From: Candidatus Heimdallarchaeota archaeon
GTDB taxonomy: Archaea; Asgardarchaeota; Heimdallarchaeia; JABLTI01
Assembly: GCA_019056785.1 (NCBI GenBank)
Contig: DXJV01000005.1
Span: 20,716-84,715, forward strand
Direction: 5' to 3'
DNA: 64,000 nt
Part shown: positions 50,516 through 60,662 of the stretch, one piece after another
Numbering within the stretch: the first letter of the stretch is position 1
Layout: each line of letters starts with the position of its first letter
Translations under genes and position numbers: made by a program
Notes under the pieces: generated by a model
The model's input: the letters and a program-made list of their open reading frames with translations, nothing else
Told to the model about the DNA's origin: nothing
Databases searched by the model: none

Positions 50516-51922
50516 TTGCCAAATCAAACTGTTGAGCAAAAAATAACTGCAACTCCCGCTTCAAAGCCAAAAATAGGTGAAGTACTGACAAATACTCCTT
50601 TCATGTTACTTTTTTCTGCTCAATTTACTCAAAATATTGGCTCAGCAGTTTCATGGTTAGCCTTGCAATTTTTATTATTTAAGTTGACTGAAAGTCCTGG
50701 CTTAATGGGGATTTTGTCCATAATCTTTTGGCTTCCATACGTACTTTTTACACCATTTGCCGGTGTGTTTGTTGACCGGTATGATCAGAGAAAACTCCTC
50801 CTATTTTCGAATTTGTTAAGTTTTGTAGCCTCATTTGGTTATATCATAATTTACCAGTTCCTAAATGAGTTGATGAAGTGGGAAGTTGTAACAACAATTA
50901 CCGAGACAGGAACGACAATAATTACCCGGATTGCCAACCCGATAAATATTATCTGGCCCATTTTCATTTTGGTGTTTCTAAACTCAACTGCTGCATCCAT
51001 TTTTTTCCCCACAAGAAATGCCTATACACGATTAATCGTTAAAAAGAAGAATTTATTAATTGCAAATTCAATTGGGTCAACTGTCTTTCAAATAGCAACA
51101 ATTGTTGGATACGTTATTGCAGGAGTATTGGCCGGAAGAAGTTATTTGGGGAGTTTCATATTTGATGCTTCAACGTATGCTTTTTCAGCAACGATGATTG
51201 TCTTCATTCTTCTTCTAGGGCAAAAGCCCCCCGAAGTTGTCCGTCCGAAAGAGGAAACAATTCGTGCCCAGATTAAAGGTGTTTTTGATGATCTGATGAT
51301 TGGGTATCGAACCATTCGTGACCGACCAAAAATCACTTACTTGCTAATTATTTTTGCCTCTGCCATTTTTTCCTTCTCCGCTTTTAATGTACTGTTTATT
51401 GTTATCCTGCAAGGGGAGATGGGTTTGAACGAAACATGGTATGGTATTTTACAATCAATAATGGGCGTTTCAGGTATTGCCACCTCACTTTTCTTTATGA
51501 GTCTTGGAATGATTAAACGAAAAATACGTATCTTGAATTTCGCTTTAATCGGCGCGACAATCTTCTTAGGATTGTTTTCTTTTATTCGAAATACTTGGGG
51601 GATTGCTGTGCTCCTTTTTGCTTTTGGAGTTGTTATTGCCACGATAAATGTTACTGCGCCAACATTAATTCAAGAGCAGGTTTCCTATGAAAAGCAGGGG
51701 CGTGTCTTTGGTACCCAGCAACTATTCCAAGGAATTGCACGTTTAATAGGTATGGGAATCGTTTCTATCATTGCAGAATACGTGATACCAATGTATGTCC
51801 TCTTGGCCGGGGCGGTGCTACTTGCCTGTATAATGATTTGGGCACTCTTTTACTCAAGGAAAAAAGGTCTTACTAAAGTAGATGATCAACTCGAGGATGT
51901 TGCAGGGTTGAATAAAAATTAA
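50516..51922 (+). CDS. MFS transporter (DHA3/MefA-like)
   Basis: AGVFVDRYDQRK and QGRVFG; multiple TMs. Confidence 0.9.
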   Translation: MPNQTVEQKITATPASKPKIGEVLTNTPFMLLFSAQFTQNIGSAVSWLALQFLLFKLTESPGLMGILSIIFWLPYVLFTPFAGVFVDRYDQRKLLLFSNLLSFVASFGYIIIYQFLNELMKWEVVTTITETGTTIITRIANPINIIWPIFILVFLNSTAASIFFPTRNAYTRLIVKKKNLLIANSIGSTVFQIATIVGYVIAGVLAGRSYLGSFIFDASTYAFSATMIVFILLLGQKPPEVVRPKEETIRAQIKGVFDDLMIGYRTIRDRPKITYLLIIFASAIFSFSAFNVLFIVILQGEMGLNETWYGILQSIMGVSGIATSLFFMSLGMIKRKIRILNFALIGATIFLGLFSFIRNTWGIAVLLFAFGVVIATINVTAPTLIQEQVSYEKQGRVFGTQQLFQGIARLIGMGIVSIIAEYVIPMYVLLAGAVLLACIMIWALFYSRKKGLTKVDDQLEDVAGLNKN

Positions 51923-52060
51923 TTAGTGGTGGCAAAGCTCGTTCCAATTTAAGAACCAGAAAAAAACTGCTAACTCGAAAGTGATAAAGAATAAACAAGT
52001 TTTAATGTTAGTTATTTTAATAACAAGTTAAAAGTACTTCATAAGAAAACTGCTTGACTA

Positions 52061-53071
52061 ATGGGAAATGCTATGACTCAAGGAAATGCAATAGAGTGTT
52101 ATAATTTAACAAAAACCTATGAAAGAAAAGGCCATAAAGAGAAAGAAAGAGTCTTTGCTGTAAAACAAATCAATTTATGTGTGCCGAAAAACAGCATTTA
52201 TGGTTATTTGGGGCCAAATGGCGCAGGAAAATCAACAACGATAAAGATGTTGATGGCTGGCTTGCAACCGACAGAAGGAGAAATATGGATAAATGGCTTT
52301 GATCTCCTCTCCGAGAAAAAAAGGGCGCTGGCTTCTGTGGGGTATATACCAGAAAATGCCACTGCTTATTTTCCCGATATTTCGGCAAAGAAATTTGTTC
52401 GTTTTATGGGGCAATTACGAGGTCTTACGAGAACCGAAGCAGAAAAAAGCGCTCAAGAACAATTGCTTTTTGTTGGGTTAGAAGAGCAGCAAGATAAAGT
52501 CATTAGTAAATTATCTGAGGGGCAGAAACAACGTGTTGGTCTTGCTCAAGCTTTGATTGGTGACCCTGAAATTCTTATCTTGGATGAGCCCACAGCTAAT
52601 TTAGATCCTATGGGAAAAGCTGAAGTTGCAACTCTATTTGAAAAACTGCGAGAAGAGGGGAAAACATTATTCATTAGTTCTCATCTGTTGGCAGAACTTC
52701 AAACAATAACTGACAGGATAAGTGTAATAAACAAAGGCGTTATTATCATCTCTGGAACAGTTGAAGAATTACTCGCTAAATTCCAGCCGACAAGCTTTTT
52801 TATTTCCGTATCAGAACAAGAACCTTTAATCAAACGCTTACAGCGAACAGCAATAGTAGAAGAAATAATCGTACAAGCAAATGGCCTTGTTATTAAAACA
52901 AATGACCCCGAAACAATCGGTCGAGTCCTTCCGGTGATGCTTGCAGAAGAAAAAATAATCCTGAAAGAGTTTAAACCGCTCTTAAGTCCTTTAGAGCGAA
53001 TCTTTTTTGGGGCAGTAGAAAAATCGACTTTGGAGGAAAGTTTCAATGAGCATGCAACAACCACCAACTGA
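52061..53071 (+). CDS. ABC transporter ATP-binding protein
   Basis: GPNGAGKSTT, LSEGQKQR, LDEPTANLDP and SSH. Confidence 0.92.
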   Translation: MGNAMTQGNAIECYNLTKTYERKGHKEKERVFAVKQINLCVPKNSIYGYLGPNGAGKSTTIKMLMAGLQPTEGEIWINGFDLLSEKKRALASVGYIPENATAYFPDISAKKFVRFMGQLRGLTRTEAEKSAQEQLLFVGLEEQQDKVISKLSEGQKQRVGLAQALIGDPEILILDEPTANLDPMGKAEVATLFEKLREEGKTLFISSHLLAELQTITDRISVINKGVIIISGTVEELLAKFQPTSFFISVSEQEPLIKRLQRTAIVEEIIVQANGLVIKTNDPETIGRVLPVMLAEEKIILKEFKPLLSPLERIFFGAVEKSTLEESFNEHATTTN

Positions 53072-54005
53072 CAAAGAGAACTTTTCTGATTTAACAAATC
53101 AAGAACAACCAGAGAGCCGGCAAGCTAAGCTCCTGGCGGTCCTCTTTCGATTCGAATTAGAACGGACTTTTCGATCGAAAAGCTTGATTATTTTTCTCGC
53201 TATTTATTTTACACTGGCTTTATTGGTTGCTATCTTACTTGGCTCCTCATATGATACTTTCTTGGAACAGCTGGCCGAGAATCCTTTTCCCAGTGATTTT
53301 CCACTCTTTAAAGAGATTGAAATTAACTCAAAAACTTGGGCAAACTTTTTCTCAGTAAATATGAGCATCAATTCTTTTGTGACCCAATTAGGCTTAATTG
53401 TGACTGCCTTTTATGGGGCGCAAATAGTCACTCGAGACCTGAAGAATGAGAGTATCTTATTAGTTACTGGAACTCGAGTGGAGCGATGGACGATTCTTTT
53501 AACCAAATATTTCACAGCTTGCATTACGAGCCTAACCATTGTCCTTTCCTCCACTTTCTTCTCTATAATTTGCATGGATATTGTTCCATTAATAACCGAA
53601 AAAGAAGTGGTTTTTAAAGAGGTGGTTGGCTATTCCATGATTTATTTCCTCCGGGCGATTTTGCCAATAATACTCTATGTCGTAACTATTACTGCTGTAA
53701 GTATGCTTGTAGGTGTTTTTGTGAAAACCCCAACATTCGCTATTATAGGCTCAATTGTTGTGTTGCTCTTTTACGATTCAATTTTTTCCACTGCTTATAT
53801 GTTCGCTCCCTCAAACTGGCATTTGGAATACTTTTCACCAAGTGCGAATCTTCTGGAGATTATTTTTTGGGCAGTAGGTATAGTTTCAGGTGGTGAAGTC
53901 ATTTTTCAGCCTGCCCCTTGGGGTTCTCTGGTAATTTTCCCACTTTTGTTGCTTGGGGCACTGTGTGGTGCCTTCTTCCGCTTCCAAAAAATGGATTTTA
54001 AGTAA
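53046..54005 (+). CDS. ABC-2 type permease
   Basis: About 6 TM, VERWTILLTKY motif; overlaps the ATPase. Confidence 0.85.
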   Translation: MSMQQPPTDKENFSDLTNQEQPESRQAKLLAVLFRFELERTFRSKSLIIFLAIYFTLALLVAILLGSSYDTFLEQLAENPFPSDFPLFKEIEINSKTWANFFSVNMSINSFVTQLGLIVTAFYGAQIVTRDLKNESILLVTGTRVERWTILLTKYFTACITSLTIVLSSTFFSIICMDIVPLITEKEVVFKEVVGYSMIYFLRAILPIILYVVTITAVSMLVGVFVKTPTFAIIGSIVVLLFYDSIFSTAYMFAPSNWHLEYFSPSANLLEIIFWAVGIVSGGEVIFQPAPWGSLVIFPLLLLGALCGAFFRFQKMDFK

Positions 54006-54140
54006 AATTTTCCACTAAACGTAAGAAAAATGGCACTTTTGGGGACCTTTTTTCATTAAAAACTGGTTAAAAAACCGGTTCATCTGCCTTTCACAAAAAA
54101 AATCACAGTATCTTTAAAAATCAAACAAGAGTTAAAATAA

Positions 54141-54157
54141 AGCTAAAGCTTATAAAT
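54141..54157 (+). promoter_or_regulatory. Putative BRE/TATA promoter of tRNA-iMet
   Basis: TTATAAA at 54150-54156, preceded by purine-rich sequence, about 40 nt upstream of the tRNA. Confidence 0.4.
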
Positions 54158-54195
54158 CAATTGTTTACAAAAACTACTAGAGACCGTCTTTCTGA

Positions 54196-54273
54196 AGCGC
54201 GGTGGGGTAGCTAGGTTGGCCCACAGGGCTCATAACCCTGGGATCGGTGGTTCGAATCCACCCCGCGCTACCA
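54196..54273 (+). tRNA. tRNA-Met (initiator, CAT), CCA encoded
   Basis: Acceptor AGCGCGG/CCGCGCT with A1:U72; anticodon arm CAGGG-CTCATAA-CCCTG with three G-C pairs; T arm GGTGG-TTCGAAT-CCACC; ACCA end. Confidence 0.97.
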
Positions 54274-54427
54274 ACCTTTTCTTGTTTTCTCTCGGTAATT
54301 TTCTGGATTGCGAGTTGGCACTTTTTTTAATCATTAGTTTTCCTTAACATTTTTAAATGGAAGCAACTGCAACATCTCATAGAAGGATTTCCTTCAATAA
54401 GAGAAAACAAACAGTTGAGGTTTAGAT

Positions 54428-55615
54428 ATGACGGATATGAAAACTCCTTTGTATGATTGGCATGCTGCTCATGGAGACATGGCTTCTTTTGGAGGGTGGG
54501 CGCTTCCGATGCAATTTTCCTCCATTAAAGAAGAGCATCTCGCTGTGAGGGAGAATGCAGGATTGTTTGACGTCAGCCATATGGGTCGCTTTCGTTTTAC
54601 TGGTAAAGATGTTTTTCCCATTCTTGATAAAATCTTACCTCGCAATCTTATGAAATTGGCTGATGGTCGTTGTGGTTATAGCTACCTTTTAGATGAAAAT
54701 GGCGGTATGCTTGATGATTGTGTTACGATGCGAAAAGCTGAAGATTACGCTATTTTCGTTTGTAATGCCGGCCCGCGAGTGAATGTCTGGAACCATATGA
54801 TTAATTTTATTGATGGTGAAAAACAAAAAAACTCAAACCTGGATATTCAATATTATGATTTCACTCTTGATTCAGCTATGTTTGCTCTTCAGGGGCCAAA
54901 AGCAGTGAAGATCCTCGAGACAATGACCGATGTCGAGATTCCCAGGAGCTGGGGCTTTTTTGAAGCAACATTAGCCGGCATTGATGTTATTGCTTCTCGC
55001 ACAGGCTATACCGGTGAAGATGGTTTTGAAATCACTGTTGTTGACACGAAAGAGACCATTAAAGAAAAAGCAACAAAATTATGGGAAGCACTCTTAGAGA
55101 CTGGAAAACCATTTGGTCTTTTACCTTGTGGCTTGGGCGCCCGTGATACTTTACGATTAGAGGCAGGCCTTCCTCTTTCCGGGCAAGACTTTAATCCTGA
55201 ATATGATCCCTTCGAGATGGACCTTGGTTTACAAGGGATTTTTATTGATATGACTAAACCTTTCTTCATCGGACAAGAAGCTTTGAAAACGAAATACCCC
55301 TCTGTAGGGGAAGATGGAAAGCTGACTTTGAAGGAGTTGCAACGAAAGCGTGTAGGGCTTGAATTGCTGGAGAAAGGCATTCCTCGACATAACTATGAAA
55401 TAACAGATGCAACCGGGAAAAAGATTGGAGTAGTTAGTAGTGGTACTATCTCCCCACTCACTAACAAAGGTATTGCAATGGCAGTACTTCCAATTAAGTA
55501 TACAGAACTGGATACCCAGCTAAATATCATTATTCATGATAAACCCCGGAAAGCAAAAATCGTTCGCTATCCGTTCTTTGATATCACAAAATATGGTCGT
55601 CGGAGGACGCAATAA
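54428..55615 (+). CDS. gcvT: Glycine cleavage system aminomethyltransferase T
   Basis: KTPLY, FGGWALP, GLFDVSHMG, ALQGP, SRTGYTGEDGFE and GLGARDTLRLEAG. Confidence 0.96.
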   Translation: MTDMKTPLYDWHAAHGDMASFGGWALPMQFSSIKEEHLAVRENAGLFDVSHMGRFRFTGKDVFPILDKILPRNLMKLADGRCGYSYLLDENGGMLDDCVTMRKAEDYAIFVCNAGPRVNVWNHMINFIDGEKQKNSNLDIQYYDFTLDSAMFALQGPKAVKILETMTDVEIPRSWGFFEATLAGIDVIASRTGYTGEDGFEITVVDTKETIKEKATKLWEALLETGKPFGLLPCGLGARDTLRLEAGLPLSGQDFNPEYDPFEMDLGLQGIFIDMTKPFFIGQEALKTKYPSVGEDGKLTLKELQRKRVGLELLEKGIPRHNYEITDATGKKIGVVSSGTISPLTNKGIAMAVLPIKYTELDTQLNIIIHDKPRKAKIVRYPFFDITKYGRRRTQ

Positions 55616-55636
55616 AGAGAGAATGATTTTCTTCTC

Positions 55637-55924
55637 TCATTTTTTCTTTTCTTGTTTAGTTAAAAGATCATCGAGTTTTGGGGGAATGGTGTCTTTTTGA
55701 TCTGGAAGCTGCAGCATAGCATTCCAAATTTCTCCTTCCATCACCCGGCCGAAAACACGGACTTTTTTTCCAACATAAGGAGCAAATTTTCCGCTATCAA
55801 AATCAGGTGGCACTGATTCCCATGGTTCAATAGCATAAAGTTTGTATTTTTTTCCCTTTTTAGTTGTTAAGAAATACTCATTTTGCTCGTATGATATTGT
55901 TCCTAAAAGTACATCCTCTTTCAA
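55637..55924 (-). CDS. Small hypothetical beta-rich (OB-fold-like) protein
   Basis: YFLTTKKGKKYKL...YVGKKVRVFGRV pattern. Confidence 0.55.
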   Translation of the reverse strand: MKEDVLLGTISYEQNEYFLTTKKGKKYKLYAIEPWESVPPDFDSGKFAPYVGKKVRVFGRVMEGEIWNAMLQLPDQKDTIPPKLDDLLTKQEKKK

Positions 55925-55927
55925 ACT

Positions 55928-56749
55928 TTAACCTTCCTTATCGTCCATAATTTCTTTTACTAGTTGATCGAATTGCTGTTCTTCTTGTCGTTTAATTTCG
56001 ACTATTTGCTTAACAGTTAATTCTTTATATTCTTTTATTTTTTCCTCTGGAAAGACCAGCACTGGTTTTTCTTTCTTTAATTTTGCAAGCATTTCCTTCA
56101 GCTGAGACTTAACCGCCCGCTTTTGGTCTATCTGGAGGTTTTTAATTTGTTTTTCAGTTCCTTCCTTCTTTTTGAGGCGATTGATTTTTCCTTGAAGACG
56201 AAATACTTCATTTATTGCTCGTTCAAGAAAAACGCGTAGATCATAGAGCAAAAATTTGTAGGCAAGTTCATCAATTGGATTCGTGTCTTCTTCGATGTCT
56301 TTAATTAGCTCCCTCAATTCTTGTCCGAAGGATTTTGCTTCATTCATTTCTGCTTTAAAATCCTCTAATGTTAAATCCATTTCCAATGGTGAGAACTCAT
56401 CTTTTAGCTCTTCCGCTGACTCTAAATCCATTCCCATTTCTAGCATTTGCAATTCCATATCGATAATGTCTTCTGAACCTTTTTCCCTCAATAAGTCTTG
56501 TTCACTTAATTTTTCAATCCATAGCATTTTTCCATCGAGAAGAATAAGACTCTGACGAATTGCTTTTAGACTCATGTGGTTCAGATCGTTATAAAACGCA
56601 GCAATTTCATCAAAGAGGAGATTGTAGATATTATTGGAAATGGTTTCTTCTTTTGCTATTGATTGTGCCTGTTTCTTTTTCTTTGCTTTCTCTTTCTTCT
56701 TTTTGGGAGGTTTTTGCTTGCGTTCTCGTTTTGGCATAAGGAATCCCAA
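55928..56749 (-). CDS. Hypothetical charged helical/coiled-coil protein
   Basis: 273-aa ORF with a Lys-rich N-terminus and an acidic core. Confidence 0.65.
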   Translation of the reverse strand: MGFLMPKRERKQKPPKKKKEKAKKKKQAQSIAKEETISNNIYNLLFDEIAAFYNDLNHMSLKAIRQSLILLDGKMLWIEKLSEQDLLREKGSEDIIDMELQMLEMGMDLESAEELKDEFSPLEMDLTLEDFKAEMNEAKSFGQELRELIKDIEEDTNPIDELAYKFLLYDLRVFLERAINEVFRLQGKINRLKKKEGTEKQIKNLQIDQKRAVKSQLKEMLAKLKKEKPVLVFPEEKIKEYKELTVKQIVEIKRQEEQQFDQLVKEIMDDKEG

Positions 56750-56914
56750 ATAAAGAAATTAACCTTCTTTATTTAAACGCTTTGACTTTCATCGGTGCTT
56801 CCTCCTTCCAAATCTCATAGCAAAAAGTTGGTTTCATAAGAAAAGTTTTATATTTTAAAAAGTGAACTGAACACTATTTATCTTGACCAAATTTAGACAG
56901 GAGACTCTGCATAA

Positions 56915-57817
56915 GTGTTCTATATAGTGGATGTGTTCTCTGAGAAACCCTTTTTTGGCAATCCAACGGCAGTTGTTCTTGAAAAGAAACAGAAAAAATT
57001 TCCACCACCAGTTAGGGCGAAGATTGCTCGTGAATTAAATTTAGCAGTCACTGTTTTTGTTTCAGAGAGTGAAAAAGCAGACTATCACTTTTCTTTTTAC
57101 ACTCCAAAACAAGAAATCTCTCTCAGCGGGCATGCATGTCTTGCTGCAGCATGGCTTTTGGCTTCCCAAAAGAAACTATCCCCTGAAAAAAAGAAACTTA
57201 CTATTGAAACCAAAATCGGCAGTTTTACTTGCGAGCTCCACTGGCAAGCAGAAACGCTGGAAAAGATTTACCTCGTCTTGAAAAATCCTTCTTACAAAGA
57301 GCTCACATTTGACAAGAACAAACTTGCAGATGTATTAGGCATTCGTTCAGATAAAATCGAATCTAATGAAAAGCTGCCTTTAGTTGTTGCTGATGCTGGA
57401 AGCCCGAAACTTTTGGTGTTAATCTCGAGTAAAGAAATGGTTGATGCCCTTGTGCCGAAATTTGATGAATTAGAACGACTTTGTCGGCGGTTCAAAGTCT
57501 CCGGACTTCACCTTTACACTTTTGATACTTATTATGAGGGTTCAACCTGTTACACACGACAATTTGAAATTATTCGTGGTGTTCCTGAGTCCCCTGCGTC
57601 TGCCTTAGCCAATGGTGCTTTAGCTGCTTTTCTTGTGGAACGTGGCTTTGCCCAGCCTGGTGTTCATGTCATTGAACAAGGCGAGTCGCTGGAACGTGAA
57701 AACAAAATCGAGGTTCATGTAGCGGCTTCAAATGGCAAGGTCTCGTCGGTCAAAGTCGGTGGAAAAGCTTGTGTAGTCTTTGAATTCAAGCCATTGCTAA
57801 AATTGCCAACAGAATAA
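56915..57817 (+). CDS. PhzF/DAP-epimerase-like family protein
   Basis: VDVFSEKPFFGNPTAVV, FYTPKQEISLSGHA, IEQG and VKVGGKA. Confidence 0.88.
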   Translation: MFYIVDVFSEKPFFGNPTAVVLEKKQKKFPPPVRAKIARELNLAVTVFVSESEKADYHFSFYTPKQEISLSGHACLAAAWLLASQKKLSPEKKKLTIETKIGSFTCELHWQAETLEKIYLVLKNPSYKELTFDKNKLADVLGIRSDKIESNEKLPLVVADAGSPKLLVLISSKEMVDALVPKFDELERLCRRFKVSGLHLYTFDTYYEGSTCYTRQFEIIRGVPESPASALANGALAAFLVERGFAQPGVHVIEQGESLERENKIEVHVAASNGKVSSVKVGGKACVVFEFKPLLKLPTE

Positions 57818-57927
57818 GAAGAGACAAGCGATCAAAACTCTATTAAGAAGTGGATAGTAATATTTAATAATAGTTTTAAACGCTTCCAACAATAAGCTCT
57901 AACAAATACTCAGAAGTTAGTGTTTGT

Positions 57928-58039
57928 TAAGAAAGATGGCTGAAATGCTATCTGTTCGTAATCGGGTCACTTTTCCCCGAGGAAAAGCCATTTTCTTAGG
58001 ACGGGAATGGGATGGTGCCCACGATACGAAACATCAGCA
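57928..58039 (+). promoter_or_regulatory. Structured 5' leader of uS15 (putative ribosomal-protein leader)
   Basis: Long helix 57946-57970/58015-58039 encloses hairpins 57970-57987 and 57988-58010; ends just before the GGTGA RBS. Confidence 0.6.
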
Positions 58040-58054
58040 AAACTGGTGAAAAAA

Positions 58055-58510
58055 ATGGCGAAAATGCATTCTAGACGTAAAGGTAAATCGGGGTCAAAAC
58101 GCCCCTCCCATGCGACAATCCCGGAGTGGATTACGCAAACTCCTGAAGAAATTGAACAAAAAATTATTGAATTAGCAAAACAAGGGTTAACTTCTGCAAT
58201 GATAGGGACAGTCTTACGTGACACCTATGGTATTCCTTCTACAAAGTTAGTGATTAAGCAGAAAATCACTGAAGTTATGAAACGTGAAGGATTATATCCT
58301 GCCTTTCCGGAGGATTTCCGAAATCTTGTAAGGCGTGCTCTTGCCTTGCGCCGGCATTTGGAGGGCCATCCAAAAGATCTCCATTCAAAGTATGGCCTCC
58401 AAAAAATCGAATCTAAAATACGCCGATTGCAGAAATACTACAAAAAGAAAGGGGTTATCCCTCAGAACTTTAAATACAACCCTGAAACAGCAGCAACGAT
58501 TATTAGATAA
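58055..58510 (+). CDS. rps15: 30S ribosomal protein uS15 (S13e-like)
   Basis: [27 protein letters not shown] and [19 protein letters not shown]. Confidence 0.97.
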   Translation: MAKMHSRRKGKSGSKRPSHATIPEWITQTPEEIEQKIIELAKQGLTSAMIGTVLRDTYGIPSTKLVIKQKITEVMKREGLYPAFPEDFRNLVRRALALRRHLEGHPKDLHSKYGLQKIESKIRRLQKYYKKKGVIPQNFKYNPETAATIIR

Positions 58511-58615
58511 AAAAAAGTCGTTTTTTATCGCTTTTTCCCCTCTTTTTTCTTATTTTTAAGTGTTCTTTATAAATGAAATAGATAAAGATACTTAAGTAGC
58601 ACTGTAACGTATTCC

Positions 58616-60229
58616 TTGTGTGGTGTAATCTGTTTGTCAACTAATGCTCCGAAACCAAAGAAAGACTACAATGCCTTCATTGCAAAAATAAAAGAAGCAG
58701 TTGATTTTGTACAGGACATGAAAGGAACAGTTCTTTGTATAAGTCATATTGATGCTGATGGATTAACCTCGGCGGGGATAATCGGGAAGGCAATGCACCG
58801 CGCTCAAAAGATTTATCACATTCGATGCATCAGACAACTTGAGTTACCCATTATAAGTGAAATTTCGCGAATGCATAAAGTGAACAATATCATCTTCACT
58901 GATTTAGGAAGTGGCCAGCTGGCCGGTATTAACAAGTATCTTGCGAATCGCAAAATTCTAATTTTGGATCATCACCCTGCAATTACAGAACCCGCTCATG
59001 AGTCAATCATACACATCAACCCTTTTGATTACAATTATAATGGCACTGATGAAATCAGCGGAGCAGGAATGACTTATTTCTTCGCCAAACACCTCGATGA
59101 ACGCAATATCGACTCCGCGCCAATAGCAGTTGTTGGTGCCCTTGCCGACAGGCAGGATAAAGGAAAGAAAAAAGCATTGAAAGGCTTGAACAAAAAAATC
59201 GTTCAAGATGGCATTAAAGCCGGCTTATTAGAAGAGCGACTCGATATCCGGCTCTTTGGGCGCGAAACCCGACCCATCTATCAAGCACTTGAATACACCA
59301 CTGACCCCTTTCTTCCGGGTTTAACCGGTGATGGCGACATGTGCTTACGTTTCATGCGGGACACAAAAATACCGCAACAAAAAGGAGATGAATGGCGTTC
59401 TCTTCAAGATTTGTCCAGTGAGGAGCGACGAACACTTGTCGAAGCACTAATAACCTATGGATTACAAAACGGTATGTCAGCTGAAGAATCTCAAAGCATT
59501 CTTGGCATGGTTTATGTTCTAACAAAAGAACAGAAAGGAACATTATTGCGTGATGCAAGAGAATTTGGTTCACTCTTGAATTCTTGTGGACGGTTGCATG
59601 CTACCGGTATTGCTATAGGTATTTGTATGGGGGAGCGAAAATTCCTGCTCCAGGAAGCAGAGAATATTATGTCGGAGTATCGTAGGAAGATTTCAAAATT
59701 TATTGAAATTATTAATACTGATAGCGAACACTTGAAAGAATATCCAAATTTGTTAGTATTTGATGGCCGGGACCTTATCGATGACTCAATGATTGGCACC
59801 GTAACTTCCATTGCCATTTCTACGAAGAAATTCATTAATAAAAAGAAACCGCTGGTTGGTTTTGCTAAATCTGATGATGGAACAATAAAGGTCAGCAGCC
59901 GGGGGACAACCCAATTAGTCGAAAAAGGGCTAAATCTGGGGCTTGCACTTCGGGAAGCAGTTGAAAAACTTGGCACTAAAGCAGAAGGTGGAGGGCATAA
60001 TATTGCTGCAGGAGCACGCATTCCTCAAGGAACCGAAGCATTACTAATCGAGAATTTGAATGAAGCATTAGAAAAGCAAATTGGTGAGAAAAAACCAGAA
60101 GTGAAACAAACAACGCTAATACCAAAAAAAGATAAAAGTACAGGTAGTTCTTCCTCGAGTAAACATTCCAAGTCAACTACTAAGTCTTCAACAAAGACGA
60201 AAAAAACCAATTCATCAAAGAAAAAGTGA
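58616..60229 (+). CDS. Archaeal RecJ/Cdc45-like DHH nuclease
   Basis: SHIDADG, FTDLGSG, LDHH, GALADRQ and GGGHNIAAG; conserved rps15-recJ-pcc1-rps3ae context. Confidence 0.9.
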   Translation: MCGVICLSTNAPKPKKDYNAFIAKIKEAVDFVQDMKGTVLCISHIDADGLTSAGIIGKAMHRAQKIYHIRCIRQLELPIISEISRMHKVNNIIFTDLGSGQLAGINKYLANRKILILDHHPAITEPAHESIIHINPFDYNYNGTDEISGAGMTYFFAKHLDERNIDSAPIAVVGALADRQDKGKKKALKGLNKKIVQDGIKAGLLEERLDIRLFGRETRPIYQALEYTTDPFLPGLTGDGDMCLRFMRDTKIPQQKGDEWRSLQDLSSEERRTLVEALITYGLQNGMSAEESQSILGMVYVLTKEQKGTLLRDAREFGSLLNSCGRLHATGIAIGICMGERKFLLQEAENIMSEYRRKISKFIEIINTDSEHLKEYPNLLVFDGRDLIDDSMIGTVTSIAISTKKFINKKKPLVGFAKSDDGTIKVSSRGTTQLVEKGLNLGLALREAVEKLGTKAEGGGHNIAAGARIPQGTEALLIENLNEALEKQIGEKKPEVKQTTLIPKKDKSTGSSSSSKHSKSTTKSSTKTKKTNSSKKK

Positions 60230-60253
60230 CCCAAAAAACAGGTGTGAAAGGCA

Positions 60254-60520
60254 ATGGCAGAGCAAAACCATCTGATAACATTGAACCTAACCTTAAAACT
60301 TCCTTTTAAAACTCCGAAATTGGCTGAAACCGTAAACAAAGCCACAGCACCAGAAAATATCGAAGCTCCTTCAACAATTACGCTCTCATCGCAAGTTGTT
60401 GATAAGCAGCTCATTATAACAGTTAAAGCTGAGAATAACATTAGAGATTTCATTACTACTTTAGATGATTACCTCGAGAAAATCGATCTTTCTCTAAAAA
60501 CCGTCGCAGTTTTAGAATAA
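60254..60520 (+). CDS. pcc1: KEOPS complex subunit Pcc1
   Basis: 88 aa; ATAPEN and LIITVKA...LDDYL; conserved gene context. Confidence 0.75.
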   Translation: MAEQNHLITLNLTLKLPFKTPKLAETVNKATAPENIEAPSTITLSSQVVDKQLIITVKAENNIRDFITTLDDYLEKIDLSLKTVAVLE

Positions 60521-60662
60521 TCGTTAGTCTTTTATTCTATTCTCAATTTTAAGGAAAATATTTTAATAGGGACAAGGGTGTCTCGAATACATTTGGTAAG
60601 GAAAACATACCAAAAATCATTAGACTATCCAATTATTAAAAGAATAAAATGGAGAATAAAAA

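Noticed and set aside
58007-58054. N-terminal extension of uS15 from the ORF track
   Set aside because: The conserved MAKMH start at 58055 has a GGTGA RBS; the extension lies inside the RNA leader.
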